Part shown: piece by piece, positions 53,602 to 64,000 of the stretch
Position numbering within the stretch: position 1 is the stretch's first letter
Layout: each line of letters begins with the position of its first letter
NCBI GenBank assembly: GCA_937625935.1
Contig: OW569350.1
Coordinates: forward strand, 248,001 to 312,000
Direction of reading: 5' to 3'
Length of the DNA stretch: 64,000 bases
Origin: Tetramitus jugosus
Lineage: Eukaryota; Protista; Heterolobosea
Translations under genes and position numbers: made by a program
Notes under the pieces: generated by a model
What the model was told of the DNA's origin: nothing
The model's input: the letters and a program-made list of their open reading frames with translations, nothing else
Database searches by the model: none

Positions 53602-56087
53602 CTAATCAGAGAAATCAGCATCTACTGTTGAAGACTTTGGTGAAACACCACAGTCATACATGGACCGAACAAACTTGTCATAAGTGATGTGTCTTGGCTT
53701 GTTACTATTGTCCTCTTCAACGTCTTCTTCTTCATCAAGATCAGTTCTGGAACTTGCCATCTCCGTAATGAGCAGCAACTTCTTGATGCCAATTTCTGCT
53801 GGACAGATATCCACCAGTTGATTCAAAGTTTCATCATCTGGATAGGATCCAGAAGAAGACAAAACTGTTCTAATATCGGCCTTTGAAGTCAAGGTTGGAA
53901 CATTGAGAACAACATTGAATGCATCCAAAACTTCCAATCCATTCAACACTCGACGGATGCCTGTTGTTCCAATAATGAGCAATCTCTTGCCCTCTGGTGG
54001 TGGTTTCTTGATCAAAACGAGCAGAGATTGCAGAATTGTGTTCGAGAATCTAGGACCCACTTGCACATACTGGATCAAACGCTCAATGTTATCCAACACG
54101 ATGATGCTCAAAGAGGACTTGTATGCATCCAAGAACACCTTGTTAATCATGGTACAGACAGAGGATTCAGAGTAGCCGACCATTTTGTCAGCAGACAGAA
54201 TCTTGACGTATGGGAAACCACTCTCCACTGCCAAATGAGCAGCCAACGTGGTCTTTCCTGTACCGATTTTGCCTTCGAGCAAGATACTCAACATGTTTGT
54301 TCTTCTGCTAGTCTCGACTTGGTTAATGAATGACTTGCAAGTGTTAACAAGTTGAGTGAATTGTGAACCATAATTGATGAGACCATGAGCCAAGTATGCT
54401 TCAAACTCGTTGGTAGCAATACCAAAGGCAGGTTTCACTTCATTCAATGCTTGCTCAAAATCAACCTTTGTAATCTTCAACTTGTTGTAATCGATATTCT
54501 TATTCAAGTTGTGAATATCGGCAATTTGTCTATTCAGAGCAAATGAGGCAGCACTCTTGACAACTCCCTCCAACTCTGCACCAGAATAGTTCTTTGTTCT
54601 GGATGCAAGATCATCCAAATCAATGTCCTCTGACATGTAGTTGTTGTCTCTCATACGAGTGGTGTGAATTCTCAAAATTTGGCCTCTGCCTCTCTCATCA
54701 GGCAAACCAATTTCCATCTGAATTTCAAATCTTCCAGGACGCAACAACGCCTCTTCAATCAAATCCAATCTATTGGTCATACCAATAATCAACAAATTGT
54801 TCAATGAGTTGACACCATCAATCTTGGACAGCAATTGATTCACAATGGAATCATTGACACCAGTTCCATTCTGAGTAGTACCTCTCTGCTTACAAATAGC
54901 ATCCAACTCATCAAAAATAATCAAGTGCAAATCAGAGTTGTCACCCTTCTCCTTGTACTCTGTCTCGGCATCTTCAAACAACTTTCTAATGTTTTCTTCG
55001 GATTGACCGACAAACTTGTTCAAAACTTCAGGACCGTTCACAATCTTTGGTTCAACAGTGTTCAGAACTTTTCCAATCTGTCTAGCTACCAGGGTCTTTT
55101 GTTATTTCATCGTGAACAAAGATAGGTGAGAGGTCAGTACACTGAATAGGAACATATAGAAACAAGCACAAGACAAAAAACCATCATCAGCATCATACAA
55201 ACCTTTCCAGTACCTGGAGGACCAAATAGGATGATACCCTTGGCATGAGAAACACCCATCTTCTTAATGACATCAGGTGGGAAGATACGTGAGGCAAAGG
55301 CACGACGGAAAATGTGATTCAATTGTGAGTCCAAACCACCGATACCCAACTTTTCAAATGAAAACTTTTCCTTGAACAGTGTGTTGGTCGGTCTAGAGGT
55401 TGGCATATTTACAAACACAATGATGGACATTTTGCTCTTGGTCAACACGAGTTCAGTCAAGTCAGTCAACTGTCCCAATGAAGCGACTTCTTTGAGTGAG
55501 GATTCTTCACTTTCTCCATCTTCCAACAACTCTGGCAAATAGAGCTCCAATTGACTTGCTTTGACCAACAACAAATTTCCTTCGTATTCGGCAACAAAGG
55601 TCTGACCTTCACGGAACACGTGACCATTGAAACTCTTCTTGAGGTGCTCAGCAAACTTTGTGGCATCAATCTCTGGATCAATCACGGAATTTGGCGTCAC
55701 GAAATTACAGTCTATGATGATGAACGATGAAAAAAAAGATTACAATGAATGAGTGAGTGATTTGTTGTCTGTTTGTTGTGAATTGATCAAGAGTGCAACA
55801 AACATACCTAGTGTGATACTATTGAGAATGAATCGTTCGGTTGGAATTTGATAAACATTGCAATCCAAGAGCTCTGAGGCGGAGATACGAGCAGATTGTC
55901 TCTGAATCTTGTTCAGTGCGATTTCTCCTCGATTGATCTGAGGGTGAGGTTCAGCAATGAAGACACAGTCCTTGATGGACAAGTAGACTGTGGATGGAAA
56001 GTCTTGTGGACTGACAAATACCTTGTTACTTTGAACAAGGTTTTTTCCAGGCGTGTTCGTACAGGAAAGCTTAAAACTAGTGGACAT
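53602..56087 (-). CDS. NSF: N-ethylmaleimide-sensitive factor (Sec18), introns ~55712-55807 and 55096-55202
   Basis: GIGGLD..IFRRAFASR, GPPGTGKT, NGPEVLNKFVGQSEENIRKLF, IIFDELDAICKQRG, and a second AAA domain. Confidence 0.97.
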
Positions 56088-56482
56088 GAGGAGGAATATT
56101 GGTATTGTGTTGTTGTTGTGTTTTTGGTTTTTTGTCCGTGAATCAAGCGATTTTTTTTGGTTTTGTTTTTGGTCACGTGGAATCTGGAGAGATAGTCGTT
56201 GCTCCGAGTTCCTCGAACAAGAAGAGATTTTTTGAGGTGGCCATACGTCAGATGAAGGACACTCAGAAGCAATTTTGATCCATGGTTGTTCCCAGATCGA
56301 AAGAAGCTCAGCCAAGACCTCATGAGAGTCATGCGATTGTGCGATTAGCTCTGTTCTTCTGACTGGAGCACCCACGACCAAAAAAAATTGAAGGTTACAA
56401 TTTTCGCACAAGTTTCCCGCTCGAAAAGCAAGAAAATCTCATTCCAACGAAGATTAACGCACACAAGTTGATAACAAGAGTA

Positions 56483-57725
56483 ATGAGTCGCGCACGTGTC
56501 TACGCTGATGTAAATCTCAAGCAGCCAAAGAGTTACTGGGATTACGAAAATCTCAACGTCCAATGGGGGTAAGTTTTGTTTGAAGACACGAGTGAGAACT
56601 TTTTCACTTTTTGTTGTACATGATGATTACTCACACACATTTTTTCCATCATCACCACCAATAGCGATCAAGATAATTACGAAGTGGTTCGTAAGGTTGG
56701 CAGAGGCAAGTACAGTGAGGTTTTTGAAGGTGTAAACGCACAAACAAAGGAACAATGTATCGTGAAGGTGCTCAAACCAGTGAAGAAAAAGAAGATTAAG
56801 AGAGAAATCAAAATTTTGCAAAATTTGTGTGGTGGAACCAATATCATCAAATTGTTTGACGTTGTCCGTGATAATCAATCCAGAACTCCTAGTCTGATTA
56901 TGGAATGGGTAGACAACACTGATTTCCGTTACTTGTATCCAACATTTACTGACTATGATGTTCGATTCTACATTTACGAGTTGTTGAAGGCTCTCGATTT
57001 CTGTCACTCCATGGGCATTATGCACAGAGGTAAGAACTACACTTATCAGTTTTTGAACCATTGTTATCCACGGGGTTTTTTTTCATTATGATGACGTCTA
57101 ACTCGTTCGTCTCCTCATCAACTGTTTGGGTTTTTCTCTCTCTATATTTTCAGATATCAAACCACACAATGTCATGATTGATCACAAGAGAAGAAAGTTG
57201 CGTGTGATTGATTGGGGTCTTGCCGAGTTTTATCACCCAGGACAAGAGTACAACGTGAGAGTTGCCTCTAGATATTTCAAGGGACCAGAATTGTTGACTG
57301 ACATGAAGGACTATGATTATTCCTTGGATATGTGGAGTCTGGGTTGCATGTTTGCTGGTATGATCTTTAGAAAGGAACCATTCTTCCATGGTAGAGACAA
57401 CTATGATCAATTGGTAAAGGTTGCAAAGGTTATGGGTACTGAAAAGCTATATAGCTACTTGGACAAGTACAACTTGGAATTGAACAGTCATTATGATGGT
57501 CTATTGTCCAAGAATCGATATCCAGCCAAATCATGGAATCTGTTTGTAAATAAGGACAACCAACATTTGGCAAATGATTTGGCAATTGATTTCTTGGACA
57601 AATTGCTCAAATATGATCATCAAGAGCGTTTGACTGCCAAGGAAGCAATGAAGCATCCATACTTTGCTCCTATTGTAGCCGATGAATCTTCCTCTGCAAG
57701 CTCTACAAGTAAGATGGAAGAATAA
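56483..57725 (+). CDS. CK2A: Casein kinase II alpha subunit, introns ~56569-56664 and ~57030-57153
   Basis: [58 protein letters not shown]. Confidence 0.98.
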
Positions 57726-58117
57726 GCGAATTATTTTATTGTTGATTGTACAATACACTTCGAACTTGTTTAGCATCTTGTCTCATTGTATTCTGAACTT
57801 TTGTCTCATACTCCGCGTTGTAAACTTTGAGAAGAATCTATTTTTGTAGACTTCAAAATGATGGTGAAAATTCTTGTGCAGGCAAAATCAGAATTTTTTT
57901 TCTGTGGGCACAACAACTGTTAAACATTCGATCAAAACTCGTTTCACGCCCCTCATTCTATCGCTGTCACACAGACAATCAATTGTGAACAAACACATCA
58001 ACAAACCTCTCTCAAACTCTCTGAAGAATTTGTCAGCTGCGTGAATTTTCCCGACCTCTGTATCATTTTTAACTTCCAACAACAACATAATTTACCAACA
58101 ACAACAACAACAACACC

Positions 58118-60846
58118 ATGCAAACTACACCATCACCACTTTTTATCTCTCCCAACGAAATGTTGAGTGAAGAGGCTCTACTCCAAAGGTAACGAACCAA
58201 CAAATTTCTGTTGCAACAGAACATTTTTTGATTTTTTGATGACTCACACAAAAATTTTTTATTGTGATCAATGACAGTCTGAACGCTCCAAACTACAATG
58301 CACAAGCAACAACCACCTATGACCACCACCACTCTACCTCCTCCTCATCCAATTTTGTACAATCACCCATAGCATCACTGCTACAAGCCAATCCATATCT
58401 CCTTGCTCAACAACAACAACTGTTCCCTTCATCACAACCAAGAAAAAGATATGCTTACACGTTCCATCAAATTTTGGAACTCAGAGATCATCCTGTGAGC
58501 AGAACAATGCCTCCTGAGATTGCCAACTTGGAAATCGCAATGTATGTATATTGGTTGATCAAATATTATATTTATTATTTTTTGTGCGCACTCCCAAGAC
58601 ATACTCACCATCGTTCTTCTACTTTTTTTTTCTGAAATCAAATAATGAAACATTTGACCAACAGTACTTTTGCCAGTGTACCTGCACATGGTTATCCCCC
58701 AAGGGAGAGAAGGGACAAATTTGGCACATCTTCCATGTCAGCACCATCATCATCATCGCCAACGAATGGCCCACTATCATCCCTGTCATCACACTCGAGC
58801 AGATCAAGGGGAAATTCAGGTGCAACTGCTCGAGGATCCCTATTATCATCACCAGATGGAACATCCATTAGACGCTCTGGTGGAAGCGAACGTCTCCCTT
58901 CCAAAAAGTCTCACTTTTTTAATCAATCAAAGGACTATGATTCATCAAACAGTGCATCCATGAGTGCGTCTGCTGCTTCCTCCTTGCCAGGTGGTATTGG
59001 TCGGGAACGGACGAGAAAAATATCTTCAGCGAACAGTTCGTCACTGCCTTTGGACCCATTGGCCCCAAGATCAGCTCCTAAACAAGCAGCCTGGTTTAAC
59101 GAAAAAGTCACTAAGGCTGGTGATTCATTGGAGCCTAATCCTGAGGAGCTCACACAGAGTGAGCGGGACAGAAGAGATGCATTTGAAGAATTCAGAAAAC
59201 AACACATTAAGAATAGAATGGAAGAGGAAGATGCATTTGGTGGCCAAGGTGGGCTTCCTTCCTTCTTTAGCGACTCGAACGCTGGAGGAGCGACATCATT
59301 GACACTAGAGGACGAAGCAGATTCTTTGGAGTCAAGCAACGTACAGGTTGGTGGTGCCCTGAGTCGATTTTCCTCCTTAATGAACCAGGATTCAAACACC
59401 GGTACCAAAGGTTCTCTGACCACCGGCTTTATGGACTTGCATCTGGGATCTACTGATGAAGATGTCATTGACGACGACGTTGATTCAGATTCCATGATGA
59501 AGCCATTCTCAAGAAGAGGAGGACACGAGGGTAGTCGTGGGGGTTCCAAGTTTTTCAATCCATCCTCAGCCCAAAATGATCGCGATCAGAACAACACTAG
59601 TAACAGAGATGCTTCTCAATCTGATACTGCATCAATTCAACCACGTCTTGGTGGTAGCAGATTTATCAATACTAGTATGTCTCATGGAGAATTAAGTCAC
59701 CCTGTTCTCGATGAAGCTCAAATGATGAAAGATTTTGTGTTGAGTCCAACTGGCTTTAGTCCAATACCAGATATGTTCATGCACGGTGGCGTACCGCCAT
59801 CTCGTCTACCCTATCCATACCCAGACATGCACAGAGCAGGTCCAACAGGTTCTCCGCATATGGATATGATGGATGCATCTCGTCTAGAGAGTGAACTCAT
59901 GGGTGGAAATCGCCCAAGAGACAGTGCTGCTCATGCTGCAAATGTTGATGCCCTTCACAATGTGTTTGCACAGATGCAACAACCTCAACCTCCAATGGTC
60001 GGTGGTCCTGCAATGCCAAACAGAATACTCACTCAACACCCACCTCAACAAATGGGAGCTCAGTCTATGGCCCCATTCATGAATGGTCCAGCAGTAGTAC
60101 AACAGCATAACCAACAGCAGTTCATTACTCCATATCAGCAATACGTGCAAGCGCAAGCAATGAAGAAGAATCAACAACCACAACAACCACCAAAACAGAC
60201 CACATCTACTACAACTGCTACCAAGCAGTCACCTCAAGAAGAACAAAAGGACACACCAACAAAGAGCAAAGCTGTCAAGCAAACTAGAAGTCAATTCGTT
60301 CCTTCACAAATCAGCAAGAGTATCGGCAAGGCAATTAAGCCAAAGAAGCCAACCGGCAATGTTACATCCTCTCCTTCTGGATCAAGCACATCGTCTGGAA
60401 CACCTCCTGCTTCTACTACTGCTTCAACATCGACATCAGCACCGATGACCCAAGGATCATCACCACCTGCAATTAGTCCAACCAATCAGCCACCACTCAA
60501 TGTTCAATTGCCACAGCACCCACAACATATGCCAAATCAACCAATGTTCGTACAACCACAGAGAGGAATGATGATGCCTCCACACGGCATGGGAAAGATG
60601 TCAGGCCCAATGCCACACCTCCAAGCCCAACAGTTCGGACCAATGAGCCCAACCTTCATGATGCAACAATCACCAAACTTTATTCCCCAGCAACAAATGT
60701 ACAACAACCCAAATATGCAACAATGGTTCCCTGCTGCATTCATGGGTCAAGGTCCTATGCCAACCATGATGCCAATGGGCAGCATGAGTGGGGAAGTGAT
60801 GTCCCTCGAAGACTTGGAAAAGAATTTGACACCTGTGAACAAATAA
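58118..60846 (+). CDS. Putative eIF4E-binding / 4E-T-like disordered protein, introns ~58189-58277 and ~58542-58664
   Basis: N-terminal RYAYTFHQILELR (YxxxxL-phi-like); Q/P/M-rich body; C-terminal VMSLEDLEK. Confidence 0.6.
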
Positions 60847-61010
60847 ATACTGACTGTCATTTCTCCGCCCTCAGATGTCAGTTGTCATTTATAAAAACGA
60901 AAAAAACAGTTACGCATCCTGTCTCTCTTGCAGAAAGAAACAAACAACAAAAAAGACCACAATTCACGCATCATCACATTCCTCTCGTTTTTCTACTAAA
61001 GCGTTGAAAA

Positions 61011-64000
61011 ATGTGCGACACCGAAGACACCAACAACAATCAACATGAATCTTCATCATTGACTCAACAAAATTCACCTGCAACAGCGATAGAAACAACA
61101 ACAGTAGTGAGTCGCTCACCAAATGACCAAGGCACAGATGAGAAAAGCCAAAAAACATCATCTCCGCGAAACAAACAAAATGCAGTAGTTGAACAATTCC
61201 AAAATCATCATCAAAATGACAACAGCGAACACAACAATGAGGACAACAACAATAATGATGATGCAAAGACTGAAAATGTGTCTGTAGATAACAAAATTGC
61301 AGTAGTAGAAGACATCGATAGTACTACTGCAAACAACAACAACGACAACGAGTCCATCAACAGTCATCATCATCAACAACAAGAAACTCCACTAGAGACA
61401 ATAGAAGAAACATCAGAACAAGTAGTAGTCAATGAAGAAGAAGAAAAAGAAGCAGAAGTAGTAGTAGTAGTAGTAGTAGAAGAGGCATCAGAAGCATCAG
61501 AAGAAGAAGACATCAACACTCCCATTCCGTTCGTTTCACTGCAACCAACGTACTACACGAGTGAAAAGTACAATGAACAACCGTTCAACAAGCGCTACTA
61601 CACGTTTCATTCTCACATTAACAACACGAATCAGTACAGTGTCAAACAACTTCATTCACTCGTGTTTGATGACTGGGATCACTGTACAGAAAGGTCACCA
61701 TTCGTCTATCAAAAGCAAGAACCTGTTGAATTTTATCGACCCACTTCTGATCACATGAACATGGTTATGACATCCAACGGTTCATGGGTCATTGGAGGAG
61801 ATGACACTGGCAATTCGTTGAACACATCATTTGTCATCTCATCTTCATCCAATCAGCAACAGCAGCACAATCGCAATTCTTCGATTGCGAACAATACGAG
61901 TCCTAGAAACTCGTTGGACACGTGCAGTAGTGGTAGTGCCAACCTGTCAGTGAGTGATGAACAACAGCAACAACAGCAACAGGATTACATGAGACAGTCC
62001 ATGGACCAATCACAACAACAACAACAACAACAAACACCTCACCGTAACATGTTCATGAACGTGATTCATCAAATTCCTCGATTGAGTATTGGTCAAGGAG
62101 GAGCAGCAGATGCCACCAATGATTCGAGCAATGATTTCAGTGATCCTCCCTCACCGACGACATTTGACAATCATGGCAGAAAGAGTATGATTCAGTATGG
62201 AAACGATTCTTACTCATCACCGAATCATGGTGGTGGTATGGAGAGAAGCAGTTTTTCTGGTGGTGCATCTTCCAATCCTTATCATTCGTATCATCAGAGA
62301 GATCGTTCTGTGAGTTCATCTGGCGTAGGCAATGACAATAACGGTGAAATACCGCCATCACGAAGGTCCTTCTTCAACAAGTTGATTGGAAAAGCGACAA
62401 ATACTGGTGTGAGAAGAGGAGGCGAAACGCTCAAGAAGAGACCAAGTACCAACGGTATCATGTCAGGAGGAGGCACAATGGTTGATGACTCTGATTGGAG
62501 CTATGGCAGAGATAGCACAGCTGGCTATTACAATGGAAAGAGAGACTCTTCTGCAACGACTACGAGCCCCAACAAGCAACGAGATGCCGACAATGCTCAC
62601 GCTAGAGCAACCAAGGGATCAATCACAGAGTATTTGGAGAAGAAGGCAATTAATGAAACTGAATTGTCTGCTGTCATTCCATTGACAAAGAGCTCTGTTC
62701 TGGACAAGATGATTGAAATAAGGGATGAGACGAGAATTTTGAGTGTTCATGATGCTCAATTCGAGTTCATTGGTGGCAAGGAACGAATCTCATGCAGAAG
62801 AAAGAGACAAGGCATCGACCCATACACCGCAAAGAAGAAGAGCTTTGTTCTGTTTCAGTTCGATCAGCTGAAATTGGACTGTGGTTCCTGGGAACCATTG
62901 TTCTGCAAGGTGTATCTCTACGATGCACAGCGGAATAGAAAGCTGTCGGAAGATTATGGATTCCACATCAACAACAAGCAAGAGTTGTCATTGTTGGACG
63001 ATGTGGTGAGGGAGCATTTGGAACAAGTTCAAAGTGCAAATATTTATGAGAAACCAACTGTTCTATTCCGGTTAAGTGATCCAAATCCTGATGTATACAT
63101 TGTTGTGTTGGTCGAGAGAATCTTACAGGGAAGTCCAGAAGACTCTGACAAGGTCTATGAAAAGGATGCCAAGTTCAAGGATAAGGCACTCAAGAGAAAC
63201 AAGGAATCCATCAAGAAATTGTCTCACTTTAGACAACCATTTTTGATTGGTGCATTCAACGTATACAGTCAAGGCAGTGATAACAACTTGAACATTGTCG
63301 ATGGTATCCGTATGGTCAAATTCCGTCGTCTGAATCGTCTAAGCAGCAAGGAAATGTTCGATATTGGCAAGTATTTGCCAGAAACAGAATTGAACACGCA
63401 AGACATGGTCCTTTGGGCTAGCATGAGAGTCGAGATCAAGTCTGTTGACTCTGACAGCTTGAATGATCTGTTTGTGACTTACAATCAATCAAAGCACAAG
63501 ATGGAGAGTCGGTTGCATTCAGTTCACACACAGAGAAACGGTAGAACTAATCGATTTGGTCTAGAAACGAGTCTTTGTACATTCTTCGATGTTGCAGATG
63601 AGTTCCCATATGAATTACCACTGTTCCATTCGTTGGAGTTCAAGAATACTCTTTATGTGTACCTTGATTCTGCTGACTTGTCTTTTGCTTCATTCAAGCA
63701 CACTACGTTTGTGATCGAGGTGTTTATGAAGAAGACGGATTCAGTCACCGCGACCAAGATAACATGCATTGGTGATCCGTTCGATCCGACCAGATTGAAC
63801 ACATCAGCCTTGTCTTCTGTGACAAAGCACGAGAGATCTCCACAGTTCATTTCCGAGTTTAGAATTGAAGTTCCAATGGACGCTTACACAAGCAATTGTC
63901 ACTTGTACTTTGAAATCTATGCGGTGAAGACCAATGTGTTTGGATCTCATGCGCATCAATATGGATACGCTGTTCTCAAATCAGTTGGATCTTCCTTCAT
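61011..64000 (+). CDS. DOCK: DOCK-C/D (zizimin-type) Rho-family GEF, runs off the window end
   Basis: Open frame from ATG 61011; EPLFCKVYLYD..RKLSED, PDVYIVVLVERILQG, FRQPF, and DHR-1 motifs FKNTLYVY..HERSPQFISEFRIEVP. Confidence 0.85.
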   Translation, partial: MCDTEDTNNNQHESSSLTQQNSPATAIETTTVVSRSPNDQGTDEKSQKTSSPRNKQNAVVEQFQNHHQNDNSEHNNEDNNNNDDAKTENVSVDNKIAVVEDIDSTTANNNNDNESINSHHHQQQETPLETIEETSEQVVVNEEEEKEAEVVVVVVVEEASEASEEEDINTPIPFVSLQPTYYTSEKYNEQPFNKRYYTFHSHINNTNQYSVKQLHSLVFDDWDHCTERSPFVYQKQEPVEFYRPTSDHMNMVMTSNGSWVIGGDDTGNSLNTSFVISSSSNQQQQHNRNSSIANNTSPRNSLDTCSSGSANLSVSDEQQQQQQQDYMRQSMDQSQQQQQQQTPHRNMFMNVIHQIPRLSIGQGGAADATNDSSNDFSDPPSPTTFDNHGRKSMIQYGNDSYSSPNHGGGMERSSFSGGASSNPYHSYHQRDRSVSSSGVGNDNNGEIPPSRRSFFNKLIGKATNTGVRRGGETLKKRPSTNGIMSGGGTMVDDSDWSYGRDSTAGYYNGKRDSSATTTSPNKQRDADNAHARATKGSITEYLEKKAINETELSAVIPLTKSSVLDKMIEIRDETRILSVHDAQFEFIGGKERISCRRKRQGIDPYTAKKKSFVLFQFDQLKLDCGSWEPLFCKVYLYDAQRNRKLSEDYGFHINNKQELSLLDDVVREHLEQVQSANIYEKPTVLFRLSDPNPDVYIVVLVERILQGSPEDSDKVYEKDAKFKDKALKRNKESIKKLSHFRQPFLIGAFNVYSQGSDNNLNIVDGIRMVKFRRLNRLSSKEMFDIGKYLPETELNTQDMVLWASMRVEIKSVDSDSLNDLFVTYNQSKHKMESRLHSVHTQRNGRTNRFGLETSLCTFFDVADEFPYELPLFHSLEFKNTLYVYLDSADLSFASFKHTTFVIEVFMKKTDSVTATKITCIGDPFDPTRLNTSALSSVTKHERSPQFISEFRIEVPMDAYTSNCHLYFEIYAVKTNVFGSHAHQYGYAVLKSVGSSF

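Noticed and set aside
624-64000. Many short overlapping or antisense ORFs in the six-frame track
   Set aside because: Shadows of real genes or low-complexity UTR/intron sequence, with no recognisable motifs.

Overview
Gene-dense, AT-rich eukaryotic (protist) genomic DNA with short GT-AG introns; the gene style suggests a Naegleria-like heterolobosean or another free-living amoeba (inference only). Most of the window is ordinary housekeeping genes: PP2A B55, cytochrome P450 reductase, an RCC1-like protein, a Nudix hydrolase, Nup133, a p150/dynactin-like protein, sterol methyl oxidase, GH47 mannosidase, a dual-specificity phosphatase, a GNAT, coronin-PH, ODC, syntaxin-16, NSF, CK2-alpha, a 4E-T-like protein and a DOCK GEF. 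Two accessory zones sit next to the two tRNA genes (tRNA-Lys TTT at 23831, tRNA-Thr AGT at 51377). The main result is a family of poly(A)-tailed non-LTR retroelements. Three insertions with locatable ends lie head-to-head with a tRNA gene, with their 5' ends 45, about 48 and 50 bp upstream of it, and a fourth remnant lies next to a tRNA fragment. They comprise a young ORF1-only copy with a 16-bp target-site duplication (TSD), an older copy stacked at the same site, and a copy with a twin-priming-type 5' inversion; all three share a conserved hairpin 3' UTR. This parallels Dictyostelium TRE5 and may be an undescribed tRNA-targeting system. Also present are piggyBac, DIRS/LTR-type RT and possible Fanzor1 remnants, and a ~14-kb mosaic of broken gene fragments whose only intact long ORFs are a trypsin-like protease and an REase-kinase fusion. 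All assignments come from motif recognition by eye; no searches were run.
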